Assembly (NCBI GenBank): GCA_944368875.1
Contig: CALVXF010000009.1
Location: 1 to 34,414, forward strand
Direction of reading: 5' to 3'
Length of the DNA: 34,414 bases
Source of the DNA: an uncultured Bacilli bacterium
GTDB taxonomy: Bacteria > Bacillota_I > Bacilli_A > RF39 > UBA660
Part shown: piece by piece, positions 27,275 to 34,414 of the stretch
Layout of the letters: every line of letters begins with the position of its first letter
How positions within the stretch are numbered: position 1 is the stretch's first letter
Notes under the pieces: generated by a model
The model's input: only the letters and a program-made list of their open reading frames with translations
The model's database searches: none
What the model was told of the DNA's origin: nothing
Program-made: the position numbers and the translations under genes

Positions 27275-28339
27275 TTATTTTACTATCCAAGCATTAGGAC
27301 TAGAGCGTTCACCAGTCTCTGTTGATCCCGTTGGTCGATTATACAATTCACCTTTTACTGATAAAACACTAGAAGACCCACCATCTAAATTAGCAGCATT
27401 GTAAGCACCATAATTAAGTAAGATCTTAGTCATCTCAGTCATATCAATACCTAAACTATGACCTGGTCTACGTCCATCAATAACTAAAAATAGAACAATT
27501 CCATCTTTACGTTGCGCAATCGCAGTTCGAGGAGCAATTCCCCAACCACCATTTCCTTTAATAAACGAAGGTTCTCCGTTAACAATTAAAAATGGACCAA
27601 ACTCAACACCATCTTCTAAACCTTCAGCAATCGCTTGACTAGCACTTTTTTTAGTTAACATTAAAACATTGTCTTCAGTAAAACCGATAATTCCTCCACC
27701 ATAGCCTGTAGAAATACCTTGATAAACTATCTTACCATCCATGATTACAACACCTGTTGGTTTACTACCATTACCACTCCAACCATCGTCTTCAAAAGCA
27801 CTGGCATTTATACCAATTAAAGCATCATTTTCACGTGTAATTGTTGTTACATATTGACCCCAAGTACCAAAGTATTTAGATAAAGCAAGTTCTACTTTTG
27901 AAGCATCATAAATCGCAACTAAAGTCCCTTTATAATTATTCCCAGAAATAGGAATTAATTTATAAACATCGTCTTTATCTCTTTTTAAAATTTGTTCTTC
28001 ATAAATAGATTCATAAATACCAGTATCATTTTCAATAAAAGTAATCTGTGAAATATCAGTAGAATCTCCTGATTCCAAAACATAATTAGCATTCATAATT
28101 TCTCTAATTGTCGCATCACTATAAAATATACGAGCTAAATACTTGTGATTCATCGTTGTCATTGCGGTTGTGACTAATAAATTTCTGGCATAATCCCATG
28201 GCCCATAAGTAATAAAATAACCAATTAAAGCAAGAATATCTAAAACAAGACAAGTAATAACTAATTTATTCTTTTTTTTCTTGCCTTTTTCTATCGGTTT
28301 TTTTTCTTCATCAATCAAAACAATTTCTAACTCTTCCAT
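27275..28339 (-). CDS. Phosphodiester glycosidase (NAGPA-like) family membrane-anchored protein
   Basis: TM anchor, TTAMTT..H.YLA, GINAS.F, FGPFLI.NG, PRTAIAQRKDG, IDGR, A.NLDGGSS. Confidence 0.88.
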   Translation of the reverse strand: MEELEIVLIDEEKKPIEKGKKKKNKLVITCLVLDILALIGYFITYGPWDYARNLLVTTAMTTMNHKYLARIFYSDATIREIMNANYVLESGDSTDISQITFIENDTGIYESIYEEQILKRDKDDVYKLIPISGNNYKGTLVAIYDASKVELALSKYFGTWGQYVTTITRENDALIGINASAFEDDGWSGNGSKPTGVVIMDGKIVYQGISTGYGGGIIGFTEDNVLMLTKKSASQAIAEGLEDGVEFGPFLIVNGEPSFIKGNGGWGIAPRTAIAQRKDGIVLFLVIDGRRPGHSLGIDMTEMTKILLNYGAYNAANLDGGSSSVLSVKGELYNRPTGSTETGERSSPNAWIVK

Positions 28340-28351
28340 AAATCACCTACT

Positions 28352-29614
28352 TTACTTCAATATATATGGATCACTACTTGTTCCTGTTCCACTTGCGATA
28401 ACTATATCTTCTTTAAGGGTAATAACCGGTTTATAACTATATTCAGTATCTATTTCAATACTATTTAAACGCCCATTATTAATCGCATAAATAGCTTGTG
28501 TTGCCTTTCCCGTAGGCGTTATCAATAAACTATCACTAGTAAATAAAATATCCCCAACACTAGGTAAAGCTACATAAGCATTAACACTATCACTTTCTAC
28601 TTCTTTATAATAATTTTCATAAATACCATCATAAAAATCTGATTTAATTAAATAATCACTATCTAAACTATTGTAAAAATCATGATTTAAATAATATGCT
28701 AAACTATTACGGCGATTAGTTTCAAAAGCATTACTATAAGTTGAAAAAATATGTTTATCCATATCATCAACCATCACTAGACGTGTAGTATCACCATTAC
28801 TCATAATTCTAAATAAATAATCACTAAAAGATACATAACTTCCAACATAAGCATCACTTAAATTAAAAGCAATTACATTTTCAATTGTATAAGGATTAGA
28901 ATCACTTCCATCCCCACTTACAACAACTAAATCTTTTTTTAAAGTAATAACTGGTCTAACTCCTAGACTTACTTTATTAGTAGTAGTTGAAGAAATCCCT
29001 TCTGGATCAACATACCAAGTAGTATTATCACTCTTCTTAGATTTAAGCCAAAAATAAGAACCATTATTTAAATAAGATTCAGTGTCATTTGCTTGCATAT
29101 AATCATATAAACTCAAAGAACTAATATTTTCTTTAAGTACATCATTACAAGTAATATTAGTATCAATATAATCACTACAAACAGAAGTATCAGTTAAATA
29201 ATCTTGATTTAAAGTATCAAGATAAACATTATTTAACCAATCATCGACATAAGAATCAACACTCTCATCACGACCATCATAAATAACCGTATTTACCTCA
29301 TCACTGATAAGTTTAATTCCACCATCTTGATCAATACCAACAATTCTAAACAAACGACCACTATAAAGTAGATAATTGTCTACATCACTTCCTCTAAAAT
29401 AATAGACATCATCAACTTTATATAATCCATCACCAGAAAAAACTTCTTCACTAATTAAAACATCATTTAAATTAGTAACAACTTCTTCTTCAGCTTTATT
29501 TTCTAAATTATAAAAATAGATCAAACGACCACCATAAAAAAGTATTGAACCTAATAAAAAAACAATACTTAAAGCCACAAAAACATTTTCTTTATTCAAC
29601 TTCTTTTTTTTCAT
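28352..29614 (-). CDS. Membrane-anchored surface protein with two tandem DUF6273-like domains
   Basis: N-terminal TM; two copies of (F/W)RI...(W/Y)LN..(F/Y)..L...(R/K)PVITLK.D....SG.G....PY. Family name recalled, not searched. Confidence 0.7.
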   Translation of the reverse strand: MKKKKLNKENVFVALSIVFLLGSILFYGGRLIYFYNLENKAEEEVVTNLNDVLISEEVFSGDGLYKVDDVYYFRGSDVDNYLLYSGRLFRIVGIDQDGGIKLISDEVNTVIYDGRDESVDSYVDDWLNNVYLDTLNQDYLTDTSVCSDYIDTNITCNDVLKENISSLSLYDYMQANDTESYLNNGSYFWLKSKKSDNTTWYVDPEGISSTTTNKVSLGVRPVITLKKDLVVVSGDGSDSNPYTIENVIAFNLSDAYVGSYVSFSDYLFRIMSNGDTTRLVMVDDMDKHIFSTYSNAFETNRRNSLAYYLNHDFYNSLDSDYLIKSDFYDGIYENYYKEVESDSVNAYVALPSVGDILFTSDSLLITPTGKATQAIYAINNGRLNSIEIDTEYSYKPVITLKEDIVIASGTGTSSDPYILK

Positions 29615-29660
29615 AAGACCACTATATAATTTTAACATGGAATACTATATTTGTCTAATT

Positions 29661-29687
29661 AAAAAAGTTATCGTGCAATAACTTTTT
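29661..29687 (-). terminator. Terminator after gpmI
   Basis: AAAAAGTTAT-cgtgca-ATAACTTTTT. Confidence 0.65.
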
Positions 29688-29715
29688 CAACTCATATTTA
29701 TTCATCAAAATATTT

Positions 29716-31218
29716 TTATTCTTCTATTAATAATTCACCAGTCATCTCACTAGGAATATCTAAATTCATAAGTTTTAAAATAGTTGGTGCAACATCACCT
29801 AATTTACCATCACGAACTTTATATTCATGACTTGTAATAATACATGGAACTTTATTTGTCGAATGACTTGTAATAACATTGTTATCATCATCTAACATCC
29901 ATTCACAATTGCCATGGTCAGCAATAATCATCATCACACCACCTAAAGCCTCAACTTTATTATATAATTTAAGCAAACATTCATCTAGCGTCTCAACAGC
30001 TTTAATAGCAGCTTCTAAAACACCGGTATGTCCTACCATATCACCATTAGCATAATTTAAAATAACCATATCATAATCATTATCTAATTCTTTAAGCAAA
30101 GTATCCGTAACTTCATAAGCGCTCATACTTGGTTTTAAATCATATGTAGCGACCTTAGGAGATGGAATTAAAATACGTTTGCATCCTTTTAATTCCTTTT
30201 CTATACCACCATCAAAGAAATAAGTTACATGGGCATATTTTTCTGTCTCCGCAATACGTAATTGCTTAAGTCCAAAAGAACTGACATATTCACCTATAGT
30301 GTTCTTTAAGTCAACCATGTCAAAAGCTTGTTTATACTTGACAGTATCTGCAACCGTAAGCATTGTAACAAGTTTTAAATTAGGAATAAACTCGCGTTTG
30401 AAATCTTTAAACTCAGGATTAGTTAAAACTGTAAATAGTTCACGTAAACGATCTGGTCGGAAATTAAATACAATCATGCCATCGTTTTCAGAAACCATAC
30501 CATTACTATCAAGAATCGCTGGTACGACAAACTCATCAGTTATATCTTTACTATAATTGCTTTCTAAAACTTCTTGATAACTATTAAAGTGTTCTCCCTG
30601 ATTATTAACAATCGCATCATAAGCTTTTTTAATACGATCCCAGCGATTATCACGATCCATCGCATAATAACGTCCACTAATAGTTGCGATACTACCAATA
30701 CCTACTTCTTTTAATTTCGCACTAAGCATATCTAAATATTTACAAGCACTCGTAGGTAAAGTATCACGACCATCTAAAAAGGCATGAACGTATAAATCCT
30801 TAATTCCTTCTTTTTTACACAAATCAATACATGCGAATAAATGACTCATAGTTGAATGTATTCCACCATCACTAACTAAACCAAATAAGTGCATTTTGGA
30901 ATTATTATCCTTAACATGTTTAATTACTTTTAATAATTCTTCATTAGTAAAAAAAGTTCCTTCATTAATATGCTTAGTAATTAGTTGTAGTGGTTGAAAA
31001 ACAATTCTTCCAGCCCCTATATTTAAATGTCCTACTTCCGAATTACCCATTTGTCCTTTAGGTAATCCAACTAATTCACCACTAGCTTCTAATAAACTAT
31101 GAGGATAAGTATTCCATAGATAATCAAAATTTGGTTTTTTAGCCATTTTAAAAGCATTACCATGTTCACTTTCTCTAATACCAACCCCGTCTAATATACA
31201 TAACACAACTGGTTTCAT
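29716..31218 (-). CDS. gpmI: 2,3-bisphosphoglycerate-independent phosphoglycerate mutase
   Basis: ILDG.G, GQMGNSEVGH, DGRD, GRYYAMDRD, NFRPDR, AETEKYAHVTYFF, NGDMVGHTG, ADHGN. Confidence 0.98.
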   Translation of the reverse strand: MKPVVLCILDGVGIRESEHGNAFKMAKKPNFDYLWNTYPHSLLEASGELVGLPKGQMGNSEVGHLNIGAGRIVFQPLQLITKHINEGTFFTNEELLKVIKHVKDNNSKMHLFGLVSDGGIHSTMSHLFACIDLCKKEGIKDLYVHAFLDGRDTLPTSACKYLDMLSAKLKEVGIGSIATISGRYYAMDRDNRWDRIKKAYDAIVNNQGEHFNSYQEVLESNYSKDITDEFVVPAILDSNGMVSENDGMIVFNFRPDRLRELFTVLTNPEFKDFKREFIPNLKLVTMLTVADTVKYKQAFDMVDLKNTIGEYVSSFGLKQLRIAETEKYAHVTYFFDGGIEKELKGCKRILIPSPKVATYDLKPSMSAYEVTDTLLKELDNDYDMVILNYANGDMVGHTGVLEAAIKAVETLDECLLKLYNKVEALGGVMMIIADHGNCEWMLDDDNNVITSHSTNKVPCIITSHEYKVRDGKLGDVAPTILKLMNLDIPSEMTGELLIEE

Positions 31219-31311
31219 TACTATCACCTATTAGTATTATAACACTTATAAAGTAAAACATAAATATTTGAAAAACCAAAATTTATTTTTTTGACATTAT
31301 AAACTTTCAAA

Positions 31312-32079
31312 CTATACTCCAATTTTATGACTTTCAATACATAACTTATCTGCTAAAGTAACAATAAATTCAGAATTAGTTGGCTTAGCACGATCGATAT
31401 CTACACTATGACCAAACAACTCTTCCATATAATCTAAATCACCACGATTCCAACTTACTTCAATAGCATGTCTTATCGCTCTTTCAATTCTTGAAGTAGT
31501 TGTGTTAAAACGACTTGCTAAAGCGGGATATAATTCTTTTGTAATCCCACCAATCATATTAGGATTTTCATAAACCATACATATCCCTTCTCTAATATAA
31601 TTGTAACCCTTAATATGTGAAGGAATACCTAAATCATGTAACATGCGTGTAACTGTTGTATTTAAGTTTGTCTGTAATAAATCTATTGTTCTACCCTTGT
31701 TTTCTTTATTTTTAAAAGACATTATTCTTTTTTCTAAATCAGGCAAATCAAAAGGCTTCAAAATAAAATAATTAACTCCATAACTAGCCACTTCGTTAAT
31801 AGCATCAGTACTATTATAACTAGTTGCGACAATAACTGGTTTATTGATTTTTAATTCACGCATTTTCTCTAACACATATAAACCATCTTTATTAGGCATT
31901 ATAAGATCTAATAAAATAACATCATATAAATCTTGTTTAGTTTCTATTAAAGATATTCCCTCTAATCCATCATAAGCACTTAGAACTATCTTAATATTCG
32001 TTTTCTTTTCAAAATATTCCTTAATCATATTAACTAATGCCTCATTATCATCTACTATCAAAACTCTTGTATTTTCCAT
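31312..32079 (-). CDS. spo0A: Sporulation master regulator Spo0A
   Basis: Receiver domain (DDN, LLDLIMP, KPF) plus Spo0A C-domain (GIPSHIKGY.Y.RE, ITKELYP, T.SRIERAIRHAIEV.W.RG, KPTNSEFI). Confidence 0.97.
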   Translation of the reverse strand: MENTRVLIVDDNEALVNMIKEYFEKKTNIKIVLSAYDGLEGISLIETKQDLYDVILLDLIMPNKDGLYVLEKMRELKINKPVIVATSYNSTDAINEVASYGVNYFILKPFDLPDLEKRIMSFKNKENKGRTIDLLQTNLNTTVTRMLHDLGIPSHIKGYNYIREGICMVYENPNMIGGITKELYPALASRFNTTTSRIERAIRHAIEVSWNRGDLDYMEELFGHSVDIDRAKPTNSEFIVTLADKLCIESHKIGV

Positions 32080-32156
32080 AAATATCTCCTCCTAGTACTA
32101 CTATAAAATAATTATAATTGTTTCTCTAAAATAAGGCTAGAGTAAAAAATAGCTAA

Positions 32157-32168
32157 TTTTGTCGAAAA
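32157..32168 (+). promoter_or_regulatory. Spo0A box upstream of spo0A
   Basis: TTTTGTCGAAAA with core TGTCGAA at 32160-32166, about 80 nt upstream of the spo0A ATG. Confidence 0.65.
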
Positions 32169-32171
32169 ACT

Positions 32172-32202
32172 AAAAAGGAAGTAACTACTCTGTTACTTCC
32201 TT
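32172..32202 (-). terminator. Terminator overlapping the tpiA stop
   Basis: AAGGAAGTAAC-tactct-GTTACTTCCTT with a T-run on the minus strand. Confidence 0.8.
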
Positions 32203-32901
32203 AATTATCTTTTTAAATTTACTATAATTTGTTGAGGCTCCTCCAACTAAAAAACCATCAACATTATTAATCGAATTTAAACTTTTAATATTATTTTCAT
32301 TAACACTACCACCATATAAAACTTTAATCTTGGCTTCAAACAACTCCCAAACAACATCTTTAATAAATGTTATCGCATCCTCAATCTCAGCATTCGTAGG
32401 TGTTATATTAGTACCGATTGACCAAATCGGTTCATAAGCAATTACCACATTTTGAATACTCTTTAAATCCTTTAAACAGGAAACTATTTGTTTTTTCAAA
32501 ATACGTTTAGTCTTAAGTAAATCTCTTTCTTCTTTAGTCTCACCAATACATAAAATAACTTTTAAATTATTCTTTAAACAAGCCTTTATCTTTTCATTTA
32601 CAAACTCATTTGTTTCTTTAAAATATTGACGACGTTCAGAGTGTCCTAAAATCACATAGCGAACTCCTATACTATAAGCTTGTTTAGGACTAATTTCGCC
32701 TGTATAAGCACCTAAATCTTCTTTATAAACATTTTGAAGGCCAACTTCAAACTTTTTCTTTAAAAAATATGGTAGATAAATAGAAGTTGGACATATAACC
32801 ACATTTTTATTATCTAAAGTGGCAATATCTTTTAAGTAATTGTTGACATCACTTGTATCCATACTCATTTTAAAATTAGCTACAACCAATTTATTAGTCA
32901 C
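32185..32901 (-). CDS. tpiA: Triose-phosphate isomerase
   Basis: ANFKM, GAYTGEIS, GHSERR, AYEPIWSIGT, LYGGSV, DGFLVGGAS. Confidence 0.97.
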   Translation of the reverse strand: MTNKLVVANFKMSMDTSDVNNYLKDIATLDNKNVVICPTSIYLPYFLKKKFEVGLQNVYKEDLGAYTGEISPKQAYSIGVRYVILGHSERRQYFKETNEFVNEKIKACLKNNLKVILCIGETKEERDLLKTKRILKKQIVSCLKDLKSIQNVVIAYEPIWSIGTNITPTNAEIEDAITFIKDVVWELFEAKIKVLYGGSVNENNIKSLNSINNVDGFLVGGASTNYSKFKKIIKEVTE

Positions 32902-34126
32902 TTTTTAGCCCCCTTTTAATTACTCTTTTCAATCTTGAAGTAAAACTTCTCTCTTTAACACCACGATCACCTAAAGCCTTCATATATACATCCAAAACAT
33001 TTTGCGCAAAATACTTAGTACTATGTGGTTCTGCTCTTTTAAAAGCTTCCTCACTCATTTTAGCAAGAACATCAGGATTTTCCAACAACATCATAATTTT
33101 CTTTTGATAATCACGGCGATCTTTAAATAAATAGCCACTAACACCATCTTCAATAGTATTTTTAAAAGCATCATCTAAAACCGCAACAACAGGTAAACTA
33201 GCAGCCATCGCCTCAATAACTGTAAGTCCTTGTGTTTCCGTTTTAGAAGCCGTTACAAAAACATCAGCTATATTGTAATAATATGGCACTTCTTCCCAAG
33301 GAACCTTGCCAACAAAAATAACATTATCACTTAATTTCAAACGCTTAACACGTTTTTTAAATTGTTCAATATCAGGTCCATCCCCAACAATAACCAATTT
33401 TGCGCGTGGATATTTACGGGAAATTAATACTTGCCCATCAATTAAAACATCAACACTTTTTTCTTTACCAATACGTCCCACAAATAAAATAACAAAATCA
33501 TCATTTTGAATTCCTAGATTTTGACGTAATTTTTTAACTTTAGCACGATCGATATCTTTTTTAAAAAAACGCTCAATTTCAATTCCCGTTGGAACAATAT
33601 GCACATCTTTTTCAAGATGATATTTTTCTTTAAAAAGATCATATGTCTTCTTCGTTGGTACAATTAACTCAGTAGCTGTTTTATCACAATAAAACTTCGT
33701 TAAATATTCAACTAATTTCTTACTAGAGCGATTAAAATAACCTTTAGTAATATAATGTACATAATCTTCATACATCGTATGATATGTATGAACTAAAGGA
33801 ATATCTAATTGCTTAGCAATAATACGAGCAAAAGTCCCAACCCCAAACTCCGTATGAGAATGAATAATATCCAAATCCCAAGCTTTGATTTTCTTAATCG
33901 CTTTTAAAGGATAAATACCTGTTAAACGATAATCGTATATTCCTATAGGAATACCAGGAATCCTAATAATATGATCATTTTCTTTAAAAGAATACTTCTC
34001 AGGATTAACGGTAACAATAAAAACCTCATGCCCCATTTTGGTTAAAGCATTTTCTAACATCGCAACACTTGTTGAAACACCATTAATATAAGGAGGATAT
34101 GTATCTGTAAAAATACCTATTCGCAT
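32894..34126 (-). CDS. GT4 glycosyltransferase, probable diacylglycerol glucosyltransferase
   Basis: MRIGIFTDTY.P.INGV.TS, HSHTEF, HTYHT.YEDYVHY, VPTGI, GRI.KEK, ETQGLT.IEAMA. Confidence 0.88.
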   Translation of the reverse strand: MRIGIFTDTYPPYINGVSTSVAMLENALTKMGHEVFIVTVNPEKYSFKENDHIIRIPGIPIGIYDYRLTGIYPLKAIKKIKAWDLDIIHSHTEFGVGTFARIIAKQLDIPLVHTYHTMYEDYVHYITKGYFNRSSKKLVEYLTKFYCDKTATELIVPTKKTYDLFKEKYHLEKDVHIVPTGIEIERFFKKDIDRAKVKKLRQNLGIQNDDFVILFVGRIGKEKSVDVLIDGQVLISRKYPRAKLVIVGDGPDIEQFKKRVKRLKLSDNVIFVGKVPWEEVPYYYNIADVFVTASKTETQGLTVIEAMAASLPVVAVLDDAFKNTIEDGVSGYLFKDRRDYQKKIMMLLENPDVLAKMSEEAFKRAEPHSTKYFAQNVLDVYMKALGDRGVKERSFTSRLKRVIKRGLKSD

Positions 34127-34127
34127 T

Positions 34128-34414
34128 CTATTCTTCCTTTCTCATAAAATTAAGAGCAATACCACCAATCAACATACCAAAATAATATGTAATTACACGC
34201 CATACTAACATCATTGCATTTAAAACGCCACCACTAACAAAATTACCATAAAATTGTACAAAGCCGTATTCCAAGCCACCAGTTCCCCCAGGAATTGGTA
34301 CAAAAGACCCAATAAGCATAACATACGCGCTTGCGAATATTGCTTCTAAACCATTAAAACTATCATAATAACCAAAACTATAAGCAACAACCAAAGGAAT
34401 AATATATAAAGCAC
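34128..34414 (-). CDS. Lysylphosphatidylglycerol synthase TM/flippase-like membrane protein (5' end outside the window)
   Basis: Frame open to the window edge; FVPIPGGTGGLEYGF and WR.ITYY motifs. Confidence 0.82.
   Translation of the reverse strand, partial: ALYIIPLVVAYSFGYYDSFNGLEAIFASAYVMLIGSFVPIPGGTGGLEYGFVQFYGNFVSGGVLNAMMLVWRVITYYFGMLIGGIALNFMRKEE

Noticed and set aside
28352-29614. Diversity-generating retroelement target (GVRP-type C-terminal motif)
   Set aside because: No reverse transcriptase and no near-identical template/variable repeat pair seen; the duplication is old and at protein level.
29857-29863. Intragenic TGTCGAA matches (here in gpmI; also in ftsX and ponA)
   Set aside because: A 7-mer is expected a few times by chance in 34 kb, and these are not clearly tied to promoters.
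639-33509. Short overlapping ORFs in the track (starting at 639, 1361, 2677, 3157, 6491, 7406, 11468, 12758, 13726, 14054, 20067, 22594, 23078, 26927, 30299, 33306)
   Set aside because: All lie largely within well-supported genes, antisense or out of frame, with no recognisable motifs.

Overview
An AT-rich, gene-dense core chromosomal segment from a low-GC, endospore-forming Bacillota bacterium. The compact gene content and protein families suggest a streamlined gut Bacilli lineage such as RF39 (inference). Standard genetic code; almost all genes are on the minus strand. It carries housekeeping genes (der, engB, recU-ponA, ftsEX, prfB with its programmed +1 frameshift, nrnA, ackA, lysS, dusB, gpmI, tpiA), sporulation genes (spoVIF, yabQ, yabP, spoVG, veg, yabG, yunB, spo0A) and several surface proteins, including a type IV pilin-like protein missed by the ORF track. 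I saw no RNA genes, CRISPR arrays or mobile elements. The most notable item is a cleanly split class III ribonucleotide reductase: the large NrdD stops right after its metal-binding site, and the glycyl-radical motif (RITGYL) is on a separate 60-aa gene with its own strong RBS, coupled to nrdG. A LexA-like box lies beside the operon's promoter. Also notable are a terminator/promoter/RBS overlap at spoVIF, an apparently leaderless yunB, and spo0A placed between tpiA and gpmI. All family assignments are from motif recognition by eye; no searches were run.
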